DNA of 64,000 bases from Parcubacteria group bacterium Gr01-1014_13. Its GTDB lineage: Bacteria > Patescibacteriota > Patescibacteriia > Magasanikbacterales > GWA2-37-8. The position numbers and the translations under genes were made by a program. The notes under the pieces were generated by a model. It was given only the letters and a program-made list of their open reading frames with translations, did not search any database and was not told the origin of the DNA. The stretch is from contig VMGB01000003.1 in the NCBI GenBank assembly GCA_007376295.1, forward strand, positions 7,106 through 71,105, read 5' to 3'. Positions 10,069-19,501 of the stretch are shown one piece after another; within the stretch, counting starts at the first letter, position 1, and each line of letters begins with the position of its first letter.

Positions 10069-10572
10069 TTAATCAGTAATAAAATTAGTCAAGGGTAGTT
10101 CTTTCTTAATCTTTTCTAGATCCTGCCTAGAGTAATTATTGCCCGAAAGATTCATTGTCTTTAATTTTTTTAAATTGCCAAGCTCGTAGGGCAATCCGGT
10201 AAGTTGGTTATTGGAAACATCAAGAATTTCTAAATCCGTAAGCTGGCCCAATTCGGCTGGCAACCCGGTCATTCTGTTATTTTTAAGATTGAGTACTTTT
10301 AATTTTCTAAGCTTTCTTATCTCAGCCGGCAATGCTCCCGTTAAATTATTACCGGATAAATCCAATTCCGTAATGTTTGTATTATCAAAAATTTCCATTG
10401 GGACGCGGTTTAGATTCTTATTGCTAAGATCAACCTTATTTAGATTATTATTCTCAATAATTCTGGCTGGATTAGGAAAGCCTGATTCTTCGGACTTATT
10501 AAGACAACCTGCGCCAATCACAAGTAGCGTCAAAGGGAGTAGTAGGATTAATTTTAATTTCATATAAATCAT
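10069..10572 (-). CDS. Leucine-rich-repeat lipoprotein
   Basis: Lipobox LVIGAGC. Six or more LxxLxLxxNxLxxLPxEIGxL repeats. Confidence 0.7.
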   Translation of the reverse strand: MIYMKLKLILLLPLTLLVIGAGCLNKSEESGFPNPARIIENNNLNKVDLSNKNLNRVPMEIFDNTNITELDLSGNNLTGALPAEIRKLRKLKVLNLKNNRMTGLPAELGQLTDLEILDVSNNQLTGLPYELGNLKKLKTMNLSGNNYSRQDLEKIKKELPLTNFITD

Positions 10573-10796
10573 TTACTTTCTTATTTTTGTACAATACAGC
10601 TATTAAAAAGCAAAGTCAATGTCTATAATATTTCCAATCTAAACCAACAAAAGCGCCGCATGAATTGGGTGGAAAACTTAGATGTGTATATTGACAAAAA
10701 TACCCCTTAATGATAGTATCCTCTGTTCCATCTCTGTTTACTTTTTGTGAAACAAAATTATACAAGGGATGGATCAAACACAACACGGAGGTGTCT

Positions 10797-11474
10797 ATGG
10801 TGAAAATCGTTCTTTTTTCTTTGCTGATTATTTTTCTTGTAATCGTCGCACTCTTCACAGCCTTAATCCTATACGCATATGTTAAGGATAAGACTAAAAA
10901 AAGAAGCGGCCGTACAGAAAATTCAATGTCCGGCACGACTTATAACGCCATTGAGCTGAACGCTGCTATCGAAACGATGCTTGATGAAAAAGCCGATTTA
11001 ACAAAAAGGCTGGAGGGTGCAAAGGTTATAATAAACTATGGCCATTCTCTAAATTCTCAAGGGTTTCTATCGGTAGAAGCTTCATTCAATTCTGGTAAAA
11101 AAGGGCCTCCCACGACCGGCTTCAGTCCAGGACACGGCAATGTAACGATCTCATCTAACTCAAACAAAGATCGCTCTGAGCCGTTCTCCAGCACGACTAA
11201 AGAACGAGTGGGAAAATATAGGATCTGGAAACTAAAAGATGGCATTTTAATGTTTCATGGATTCTGGGCATCAAACACTGTTACGCGCGCAGACAAGTCG
11301 CTTACGCCAGAATATGAACTGAGATACGATACCAAGACACTCGCCCTTATCTCACTCACTTTTAATGAGGTCGATGAAGAGCGCGGCCGTTCGTTCCTTG
11401 GCGTCCTGCAAATTTCCCGAACAAACAGACACCATCTTCTTGGAGAAAAAATGGGCACCGTAGAATATTTATAG
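10797..11474 (+). CDS. Hypothetical membrane-anchored protein
   Basis: Start chosen at the ATG after GGAGGTG. N-terminal TM. Confidence 0.4.
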   Translation: MVKIVLFSLLIIFLVIVALFTALILYAYVKDKTKKRSGRTENSMSGTTYNAIELNAAIETMLDEKADLTKRLEGAKVIINYGHSLNSQGFLSVEASFNSGKKGPPTTGFSPGHGNVTISSNSNKDRSEPFSSTTKERVGKYRIWKLKDGILMFHGFWASNTVTRADKSLTPEYELRYDTKTLALISLTFNEVDEERGRSFLGVLQISRTNRHHLLGEKMGTVEYL

Positions 11475-11533
11475 CCAGCACATAAAAAGTAAGTCTTTCG
11501 ACGCTATACATTAAGTAGCGGCCAAAAAAATTA

Positions 11534-11631
11534 CACCCGAGCCGCTTACACAGCTTAATAAATAATTTGTTACGCTGTGTAAGCTCGGGTGAATAAAAAT
11601 ACTCCGGTTTTTGCCCGGAGTATTTTATTTG
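11534..11631. terminator. Two tandem long hairpins: a 21-bp stem (CACCCGAGCCGCTTACACAGC...) followed by AATACTCCGG-TTTTTGC-CCGGAGTATT. T-runs on both sides.
   Basis: Inverted repeats read directly. Bidirectional terminator pair at the left edge of the putative island. Confidence 0.6.
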
Positions 11632-11704
11632 TAGGGTTAATCGAGACACTTGGCAAACTTTTTAAATTGCCATATACTAATCCTATCTTTGACAATTCAC
11701 TTTA

Positions 11705-11738
11705 GCAGCAGGTTGGGGTTCGAATCCCTTAGGAATCA
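11705..11738 (+). other. tRNA-like fragment (T-arm GGTTCGAATCC) without an acceptor or anticodon partner
   Basis: A canonical T-loop 11-mer is present, but no full cloverleaf can be built. Possible remnant integration (att) site. Confidence 0.3.
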
Positions 11739-11908
11739 ATAATAAAATAAATTTAAATACCACCATCCCTCACTCTTCTACTACTTATAAACAAAATAGT
11801 ATGAAAATAATCAGAATTAAACCCACAACATTATTTAAATTGAAAATTGTTATCATTATGGCAAACCTGCTGGTGACCTGAGTTGTGAAAAACATACTTC
11901 TCCAAAAC

Positions 11909-12520
11909 TTATTCAAACAAGAAAGGCAGCGCAATAATGGTGGTATCGCTGTATAAAATATTTAAATAAATAGTTTGCCCTAAAATTGGTGTTGGACCAA
12001 CTTTGATAGATACTTGCTTTATCCAGCAGCCGGCCTTTATTTGATTGGCCTCTATCTGTTTTATTATTTTTTCTGACTTCTTTCCAGGGTCTTCAGGCAT
12101 TTGCAGAGGGCAATCTCTAAGAATCTCAATGAGTTTCTGAGCAAAATTTCTCCAAAAACTAATATTATCAAAACTATCTGTTTGAATACCAGCACTGCTT
12201 AATAATTTTTTTATTTCCTGTCTCAGTTCTTTAAAAGAGATTACTGCTGAAACCAATGCAATTATCAAATTAGTATTACCGTAATCTTTAGTTGTGACTA
12301 TCAAATCATTAAGTCTTTTTAAAATTTCCAAAGCAGGGGTCCTATCCATATCAGTATGAACAGACCAATTACAAAAAAAATCTAAAAGTTGAAAGTTTTC
12401 AGCCTTAGTTTTATCAATTAACTTTCTCATCAAAACCATTAAGTGAGCTACCTGACTTTCAGTGAGAGTTTTATCAGACGCTATAATTTCCTTAATTTTA
12501 CGGATAATTTCATCCTCCAT
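11909..12520 (-). CDS. Hypothetical protein (203 aa), third gene of the coupled operon
   Basis: ORF lies 12 nt after the 981-aa gene. AT-rich codon usage. Confidence 0.5.
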   Translation of the reverse strand: MEDEIIRKIKEIIASDKTLTESQVAHLMVLMRKLIDKTKAENFQLLDFFCNWSVHTDMDRTPALEILKRLNDLIVTTKDYGNTNLIIALVSAVISFKELRQEIKKLLSSAGIQTDSFDNISFWRNFAQKLIEILRDCPLQMPEDPGKKSEKIIKQIEANQIKAGCWIKQVSIKVGPTPILGQTIYLNILYSDTTIIALPFLFE

Positions 12521-12532
12521 ATCTTTAATGCT

Positions 12533-15478
12533 TTAGTGAACCACTTCTTTCAACTGCCAGAACGTACTACTCCCCTTTTCAATGAGGATGTTTATTAATT
12601 TAACCACTTTTTCCTGAACAACCTTATTACCATTTTTATATATTACACTAAGAGCCTCTTTAATCTGACCATCATACAAAAGCGGCCCTCGATGACGGAA
12701 TGAATTTAATTTATTATCAGAATCAAGCAGATAATACCAAATAACTTCCAAGCATTTTTCTGGATTCTTTTCAGCAAGATAAGGGAGGCGTTTTAACAAA
12801 CCATAATCCCAATCAATGTCGCCACCAGATTTTTTTAGCGTATCGGCCATTTTTTCAACAACTATACTGTCATCTATAATCTCTCTGTCGGGATTAATCC
12901 AAAAACCAAAACCAGAAAATATTCCAGACTCTTTTATATTATCTATAACCCAACTCCAAAAATTAATAAGTTTTTCTTTACTAACATGATTTTCCTCCAA
13001 CCACTTATCACTAGCTACATCTTTAGTTAAACAACTACGACCTATGAAAGACACAAACTCCTGCTGACGAGTTATATTAATTTTTTTCCAAAAAGCGCTG
13101 ATTAAAGGATTATCTATTCCTATATTAAAATGAGCAAAAGCAAGAGCGAGATGAATTGCTAGGGTTTCATCTAAACCTTTCACATACTTCCTTTGTGTAT
13201 ATACTTCAGGGTCTAGTCCGATTGCATATTGATAATAATCTTTAAGCGCTATAAAAAGTTGCTCATATAAAGTACTGGATAAATAACCTTCCCAAGTCGC
13301 AAGATAAATATCTTTTTTAGTACGGTCGTCTTTAGGAAAAATTTCAGGAAATAGACCAGCTATAAACTCCTGATCCCGGAAATGAAATGAGGCTAGATAT
13401 CGGCCTAACATAAAACGAACTGCTAAAGAATTATCCTGAAGAACCTGCTTGTAAAGCAATTTAATATCATCCAACAATACTTTTCCATCATTCTCAACAA
13501 ACACTACAAATGCTTCACAGGCCCTGCCACGGACTGAATTAATAGCTATGTGATATAATTCGCCATATTCTGGTTTCTCATCATCTACTGAAGGACTATC
13601 TTTAATAGTGAAAAGATAAGAAATTAAATCTTTACTTTGTTGTCTATAAATTTCATGGACTTCTTTTCTTGTTTCTTTGCTTTCTAAAGTAAAGAGCAGG
13701 ATATCTGCCACAATAGTGTGTAACCCTACCCAATCTACCAACAAAAATCTATCATCTTTTTTATCTTTATTTTTCCTAAAGGGCTTTAGTTCCCCATCTT
13801 TTCTAATCACATCAAACAAGCTAATGAGCTGGCCTATTTGTTTTAAATTTAACGATTGTTTATTACGCAACATTTCTTCGATACCACGCAAAATAGAATA
13901 TAAATAATGTGGGTGAATAGACTCCCTGCCATAAAACCCTTTTATACTTTCGAGATAATCATTTGGCCGTTTCTTTATATCTTCTCTTAAAGCATCCCCT
14001 AGGCCTTCTACTCCTCGTGGATTTAAGAAGTCATCGTTCTTAAACTCTTCCTCAAATTTTTCTGCAGTCCAATCAGACTTTAATTTAGTAATAATTTTAT
14101 CAATAGTAAAATCAGCAATATTTACCGGAGATGTATGATGTACCCACCCACCTCTTGCTTTACCAACTGTCGGTTCAGGAATATAGTTTGTACTATCAAT
14201 GTCGACATGAAATTTATCTTTTATAACGCTCTTATTCTCTGGTGTCAGCCACTCTTTGATTAAACTAAGAATTTGTTTACCATCACGTTTTCTCCATTTT
14301 TCTACATCCTTATCTTCAAGACTGCCGCCAAAGTAACCAAAGATGCTATTAATATATTTTTGCTGAGTTTCTTTATCAAAGAATTTAAAGCTTCGTTTTA
14401 GTGATTGATGATACTCGGCCCCACCTTCAATTTCAGAATATGTTTCACCAACTTCAAATACCTTAAAGAATGCTTTCTTTAATTCTTCTTTAAAAACATT
14501 AGGACACTGAGATAAGGCAAAGAGTTTCAGCCTCCACATTGAACGAGACGAAGGCAAATTATTGATATACTCAAAAAATCTTCTAGCCGTGCTCTCATTT
14601 TCACAGTTTTTACCAACTGTTCTTTCAACAATTTTTTTAATTGAGGCCGCAAGGTTTTTTATATCCTCTCTAAAGGAAGCGCTTCTCTTACCGCTAAGCT
14701 CTAAAGTAAAAAAATCTACATCATATAAAGTAAATGAGTCGGAATATTCAAATATTTTTGTCTCGTCGTGGTCTGATAGTTTAACCATACTAGCCATTAC
14801 ATCAGTGGTGAGTTGCAAAGATCGCTCAACGTACTCCTCTTCTATATTGGCTAAAGCCTCAAAAATACCAGAGGCATCCAAATCACTTACATAGAAAGGA
14901 TCGTCTTTACTAAAACTATCTTTGGCAGAAACTTCCTCTTTACTTTTAACTAAAAGTAAAGCTTGGGCCAACTCTAACAAGGCCTGGCCTTCTTTTTTTT
15001 CTACTAAACTACTAACAACTTTTTCAAACTCATAACCAGTCTTACGGAAGGCACGCATTAAATAAATCCACCTCTCATCTCTCACTTTTGATGTAAGAGA
15101 TTTTATCTGCTCTGCTGGGAGGATGTATAAAATCCAAAAAAACCTATCAATAACCTCCGGGTTAAAATTTTCTTCGCTAATTTCCACTGATTTAATAACT
15201 TGAGCAACTCCATCAGGATCTTTTGCGGCAATTCGAGCCAAATACTCGAGCTCCGGCATTGTATAAAAAATCTGAGTAGTATTAACAGCTCTTTTCTTTA
15301 AACCATTAAAAAACCCTTCTTTCCAAAACCACTTGATCCAGAATTCATCAGCCATTGAAAAAAAGAATCTTTTAGCATCCTCATTTAACAAAAGATCCTG
15401 CCCAACTTTAACATTAGCAGATTCTAATCCTGCTTTAAAAAACGCCTCTATTTTATTATGTAATTCAAGCTGGTTCAT
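12533..15478 (-). CDS. Large hypothetical all-alpha protein (981 aa). No P-loop or known catalytic motif.
   Basis: Long clean ORF. Its ATG overlaps the upstream stop codon (ATGA at 15475-15478). Confidence 0.6.
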   Translation of the reverse strand: MNQLELHNKIEAFFKAGLESANVKVGQDLLLNEDAKRFFFSMADEFWIKWFWKEGFFNGLKKRAVNTTQIFYTMPELEYLARIAAKDPDGVAQVIKSVEISEENFNPEVIDRFFWILYILPAEQIKSLTSKVRDERWIYLMRAFRKTGYEFEKVVSSLVEKKEGQALLELAQALLLVKSKEEVSAKDSFSKDDPFYVSDLDASGIFEALANIEEEYVERSLQLTTDVMASMVKLSDHDETKIFEYSDSFTLYDVDFFTLELSGKRSASFREDIKNLAASIKKIVERTVGKNCENESTARRFFEYINNLPSSRSMWRLKLFALSQCPNVFKEELKKAFFKVFEVGETYSEIEGGAEYHQSLKRSFKFFDKETQQKYINSIFGYFGGSLEDKDVEKWRKRDGKQILSLIKEWLTPENKSVIKDKFHVDIDSTNYIPEPTVGKARGGWVHHTSPVNIADFTIDKIITKLKSDWTAEKFEEEFKNDDFLNPRGVEGLGDALREDIKKRPNDYLESIKGFYGRESIHPHYLYSILRGIEEMLRNKQSLNLKQIGQLISLFDVIRKDGELKPFRKNKDKKDDRFLLVDWVGLHTIVADILLFTLESKETRKEVHEIYRQQSKDLISYLFTIKDSPSVDDEKPEYGELYHIAINSVRGRACEAFVVFVENDGKVLLDDIKLLYKQVLQDNSLAVRFMLGRYLASFHFRDQEFIAGLFPEIFPKDDRTKKDIYLATWEGYLSSTLYEQLFIALKDYYQYAIGLDPEVYTQRKYVKGLDETLAIHLALAFAHFNIGIDNPLISAFWKKINITRQQEFVSFIGRSCLTKDVASDKWLEENHVSKEKLINFWSWVIDNIKESGIFSGFGFWINPDREIIDDSIVVEKMADTLKKSGGDIDWDYGLLKRLPYLAEKNPEKCLEVIWYYLLDSDNKLNSFRHRGPLLYDGQIKEALSVIYKNGNKVVQEKVVKLINILIEKGSSTFWQLKEVVH

Positions 15479-16290
15479 ACACTAGGAATATTCTCAATAA
15501 TCTTTTTCATGTCAATAAAAAAACTTCCAAACACCCTCTTGAAGCTTTCGACGCTTAGGCATTTCTCATTTTCACATGTCGGATCTTCAAGCTGTCTAAA
15601 TCCGTTTGTAATTGCCGCTTGCTGATGGTGTGTAACACCGGTAAAAAATTGATAGTATTTTTTAATTTTAGAACATGATAATTCTATTGTTTCAAAAAGC
15701 TCTACTGTTATTGCGCCTTTTTTAAAAAGATCTTTCAATGTTTTACCGAAATCATCTTCGTTGGCAGAAAATATTGAAAGCATTTCTCGAATAGAGGAGG
15801 CTGCATGCTCTCTCCACTCCTCATTATAATTTTCAGACCCAAATGCAAATACTGCCCCACGTAAATGACGGCGGTGGTCATTTGTCACACCTTTCGCTGG
15901 ATAGCTCTCTGGACGTAATCCATCCAACTTTAATCTAGATAAGTTATAAACTAAAAGACTTATTTTATTTATATCTTCTTCTGATATCCCCAACTGTTTG
16001 AATCCAACCTCATAAAAATTAACTATTTTTTCCTGCACTTCATTTCCTTCTAACAAATCATTGGAATTACCAATGCCAGGAGAACTAAAGTAATAGTTAA
16101 CAATTTTATCTCTACCAACGTTTTCACCAGACGATCCAGCAACATAAGAATTTTGTTCTTTTTTAGAAAAACGAAAAATAACCTTGCTGATCAACTCTTT
16201 ACCGCCAAATAAAGCAAGGATGGCTAGTAAAATCTTTAAAATCGTATCTATTACATCAGACATAATTCTGGTTAGGGTCGTTGAAACCAC
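15475..16290 (-). CDS. Hypothetical protein with a single N-terminal TM helix (271 aa), first gene of the operon
   Basis: IDTILKILLAILALFGG TM segment. Stop overlaps the next start. Confidence 0.5.
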   Translation of the reverse strand: MVSTTLTRIMSDVIDTILKILLAILALFGGKELISKVIFRFSKKEQNSYVAGSSGENVGRDKIVNYYFSSPGIGNSNDLLEGNEVQEKIVNFYEVGFKQLGISEEDINKISLLVYNLSRLKLDGLRPESYPAKGVTNDHRRHLRGAVFAFGSENYNEEWREHAASSIREMLSIFSANEDDFGKTLKDLFKKGAITVELFETIELSCSKIKKYYQFFTGVTHHQQAAITNGFRQLEDPTCENEKCLSVESFKRVFGSFFIDMKKIIENIPSV

Positions 16291-16398
16291 CGGGCAATAG
16301 TGAATATGGTCGCTAGACTACTGATTATATTTATAACTAATTGATTCATAGTTACTTAAGCTTAACTTAACCATAAAATATCTGCAAGCAAATTAAAA

Positions 16399-16433
16399 CA
16401 CCCACCAAAGCCGAAGCTAAGATGGGTGCGTGG
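16399..16433 (-). terminator. Hairpin (CACCCATC...GATGGGTG) + TTTTAATTT on the minus strand after the peptidase gene
   Basis: Read directly. Confidence 0.5.
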
Positions 16434-16450
16434 TCTAATATAAAAAATTA

Positions 16451-18634
16451 TTAGTAAGCAAAGAACAAATGAGCGTCAACCTGTTGAAAACTACCGCTTC
16501 CAATCTTTAGGAAGAAAAGCAGTTCCCAGTTTCCTGGCCCGGGGTTTGCAAATTCTGGGAAAAACCAGGACTCACCATTACTCGCTGGCAAATATGGACC
16601 AAAGTCCCAACTCCACCCAAGCGTACCGCTGTGATACGCCTCGATGCGGAACTGGACGTTGGTATTGACGGCGAGCCCGGTAAAGCGCAACCGCCAGTAG
16701 TAAGTGCTAAGCGACGAAAGCGAGCTTTGGCTAGACACTGGCGTCCAACACTGCGGCACTCCGTTTGCATCACGTTCGTTTTGATAATTACCGAGACAAA
16801 CATTGAACGAGCTGGAGGTGTAACCTCCAATGGGCGCGTTCACCGTAAAGGTAATATCCGACCGAAGCATTTGCCAACCGCCGCCGACATCGATTTCCAC
16901 CGATGCTCGCCAATTACCGCTAAGCGCATACCATAGGGTCGGCCAAGTATAAGCCGTACTCCAGACTTGTCCAGATGGTACAGTGGTCCAATCACTTACT
17001 TGTTCGGAGTAAACCGTCGAGGAACCATTGCGGTAAAACCGCGAACGGAACCTATACGACTGCCGAACATCCTGCACAAAGGACAACACACGAACGTTCT
17101 GCCCTTGCGAGAACACCGTTGCTGGTCTGGGGCAGGTATAGATCCAGTTGGTACTTTGTCCACCAGTAGGCTCATTGGAACATGTTACCGCGTTGCCATT
17201 GTAGATGAAAGGTGCTACTGGATTTACCGTAAACGGAATGATGGCTACATTTACATTCTCGAATTCCGTTCCACCGGGCAAATCAATATCTACCCGAGCT
17301 TCATAGGAACCAGAGATAACATTTCCAATTGTTGTCCAGTAATGCGCGTATTGCCAAGTCTCACCAGTTGGAACGTCGTTCCATCCAGTAGGACTGGTGG
17401 TATACAAAAAGGAACCATTGTGAAAAATCCGCGCGCGGAACCGATGTGAACTGGTCACATTGTCGATTCGCATCAGTACGGTTACGTTATCGCCTGCGGC
17501 ATAAGAACTCTGCTGGCCGTTACAGGTGTAAATCCAGTTCGTACTGGCTCCACCGGTGACAGAACCATTACAGTTGTAGTTGTTGCCATTGTACTGATAT
17601 GGCGAACCTGGCCATTGCTGACTACCTCCTGGGACAATGAAATGAAACGTGGTCAGCTGGAAAGGCCCGCTGCCAGTATTCGCGTAAATTCGCATATCCC
17701 AGTCACCAGCATAGACGTTGTTGAATCTGGGCAAATAGAACGCATGTGGCCACACATTCGGCTCCACCTGCAACGCACTATCTGTCCATGTCCAATCAGG
17801 TGATGACTGTCCGAGACGCCACGCTTCAATGCTGAAGGCGACATTCCTTTGGACATTGTCGACTCTGATGACCATGTTGGCATTCTGTCCAGGCTGAAAA
17901 ACAGTCTGACGATTCTGGCAACTGTAGATCCAGTTTGTGCTTTCTCCGCCAGTTACCGCATCGGTACAACCATAGACGTTATTGCTGTCTAGATTGAACT
18001 GAAACGAACCTTGCCAAGCGGGAACGCCTGGGATAGAAAGGTTTGAGTTCGCGGCGTATGACGGTGCCAATTCGAAATGGATGTGATCCACGTGCGGGAT
18101 TGGACCAGAGTAGATAGCCACCCTGCTAGCACTTGGACCAGAGGTGGTATATTGGGTTTTGTCCCAAACAAGAAACTGAACACCCAATGTTCCAGCATTA
18201 CTGATCAACCAGTTCGCAATTGGGTCACCAACACTGTTGTCCGCAGCGCCATTATCCATTGGGATATGAATATCCAATGCCCAACCAACACCATGGGTGG
18301 ATGTTTGCGATAGATTGGCTGTATTTGGCCTACACCAATACGTTTCGATTCTGGAGATACCAGAAAAAGCTCCCTTAACGTATTCAGCCAACTTAGTAGT
18401 GCCTGGAAGGAGGCCGCCACTACAACTTGATCCGTCGGCCGCCCATGCAGGCGGAACCATCATGTTGATTGTGACTCCTGCGGCCGCATTGAGAGCATCC
18501 GACGAAGGCGCGTAGTTGCCGGAGATGGCAACTGATTGCTCCACACTTTCCTCCCTATCCTTGCGATCATCGCTAGCGCAAGCCGCTACAATGAACGCTA
18601 CAATGAGAAGAGCTGCTTGTATTGATCTCGACAT
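16451..18634 (-). CDS. Lipoprotein M15/LAS-family zinc peptidase (peptidoglycan hydrolase-like) with three C-terminal repeats of about 110 aa
   Basis: Lipobox IVAAC. STHGVGWALD (H-x6-D) and VDHIHFE (HxH) zinc-ligand motifs. Three repeats each contain C-x3-TGG-x-STNWIY-[ST]-C. The gene has much higher GC than its flanks. Start chosen at the second ATG, which has a purine-rich RBS. Confidence 0.6.
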   Translation of the reverse strand: MSRSIQAALLIVAFIVAACASDDRKDREESVEQSVAISGNYAPSSDALNAAAGVTINMMVPPAWAADGSSCSGGLLPGTTKLAEYVKGAFSGISRIETYWCRPNTANLSQTSTHGVGWALDIHIPMDNGAADNSVGDPIANWLISNAGTLGVQFLVWDKTQYTTSGPSASRVAIYSGPIPHVDHIHFELAPSYAANSNLSIPGVPAWQGSFQFNLDSNNVYGCTDAVTGGESTNWIYSCQNRQTVFQPGQNANMVIRVDNVQRNVAFSIEAWRLGQSSPDWTWTDSALQVEPNVWPHAFYLPRFNNVYAGDWDMRIYANTGSGPFQLTTFHFIVPGGSQQWPGSPYQYNGNNYNCNGSVTGGASTNWIYTCNGQQSSYAAGDNVTVLMRIDNVTSSHRFRARIFHNGSFLYTTSPTGWNDVPTGETWQYAHYWTTIGNVISGSYEARVDIDLPGGTEFENVNVAIIPFTVNPVAPFIYNGNAVTCSNEPTGGQSTNWIYTCPRPATVFSQGQNVRVLSFVQDVRQSYRFRSRFYRNGSSTVYSEQVSDWTTVPSGQVWSTAYTWPTLWYALSGNWRASVEIDVGGGWQMLRSDITFTVNAPIGGYTSSSFNVCLGNYQNERDANGVPQCWTPVSSQSSLSSLSTYYWRLRFTGLAVNTNVQFRIEAYHSGTLGWSWDFGPYLPASNGESWFFPEFANPGPGNWELLFFLKIGSGSFQQVDAHLFFAY

Positions 18635-18729
18635 TTTTTCCCTTTTTCCTTTTCTACGCACCATGCGTGCCTAGATGATATACAATAAAAAAAGAACCGT
18701 CAATGTTGCTTGACAGCTCTTTTTTTAAT

Positions 18730-19293
18730 TTAAATATTTCGAGTAACAACAAGGTTGTGAATATCTTTTGAAAAATCCACCTGATACTCACAAAGGTTTT
18801 TCATAGCATGCACTTGCCCTGAACAGGTAATAATCAACTTTCCTTCTCGAAGGAAAGTTTTACCTAAAATCTCTAACTCAAACGCATCAATCTCTGTATC
18901 ATATACGCTGACCGGAGTACCGGCTAGTTTTGATTCTGCCACCTGTAAAAAAATGCGTCCAGCAGAACGTGTTGGAGACTCTTCCCCTCCACCTACTCTA
19001 TATATGCGGTATGATAAACCATTCTCTTTATCTACAACATCTTTAACCTCGTAAACATATGCGAGTGTTATCTTTCCCCTTGCGTTCTTAATAGGTAAAA
19101 TAGTTCTATTTTCACCAACTGCGTATATATTAGCTGTTTCAAATAGAGAATCCAAATTCAAGCCATCGTCCTCTTCTTTTACCACGTCATTTTTTGTATT
19201 GTCTTTAGGTGCTTCTCCGTACTTAATTCCTACAAAAAAACTGCCGACAATTAATATAGCTGCAAGCCCTACCAATAATAATTTTTTAGTCAT
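18730..19293 (-). CDS. Hypothetical membrane-anchored protein
   Basis: N-terminal TM. No motif recognised. Confidence 0.4.
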   Translation of the reverse strand: MTKKLLLVGLAAILIVGSFFVGIKYGEAPKDNTKNDVVKEEDDGLNLDSLFETANIYAVGENRTILPIKNARGKITLAYVYEVKDVVDKENGLSYRIYRVGGGEESPTRSAGRIFLQVAESKLAGTPVSVYDTEIDAFELEILGKTFLREGKLIITCSGQVHAMKNLCEYQVDFSKDIHNLVVTRNI

Positions 19294-19313
19294 AATAAAT
19301 AATTAATTTATTG

Positions 19314-19385
19314 TAGCCCCAACGGGAATCGAACCCGTATTTTATCCGTGAAAGGGATATGTCCTAACCATTAGACGATGAGGCC
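19314..19385 (-). tRNA. tRNA-Glu (anticodon TTC)
   Basis: A cloverleaf was built by hand. Acceptor GGCCTCA/TGGGGCT (with G-U pairs). D-arm GTCT/GGAC. Anticodon loop CTTTCAC. T-arm ACGGG-TTCGATT-CCCGT. No encoded CCA. Confidence 0.8.
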
Positions 19386-19501
19386 GTATATTTCCAATGA
19401 CTGATATTCTAATGTATTTTGGCTTAAAAGTCAATGTCTGTTGACACAAGCTGCCGTTTTAAGGGTATCATACAGATAACATATTCAAACGGAGTAATAC
19501 T

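Noticed and set aside
10616-10936. A minus-strand ORF (106 aa) overlaps the start of the 10797-11474 gene.
   Set aside because: It overlaps the RBS-supported plus-strand gene and has no independent signal.
11660-11740. A full tRNA gene around the GGTTCGAATCC motif was considered.
   Set aside because: No acceptor-stem partner, D-arm or anticodon arm could be built on either strand. It was kept only as a fragment.
16507-18515. Multiple 60-160 aa ORFs lie on the plus strand inside the peptidase gene (16631-16936, 16967-17449, 18077-18313 and others).
   Set aside because: They are antisense to a long, motif-supported CDS in a high-GC segment, where stop-poor reverse frames are expected. They have no RBS or domain signal.
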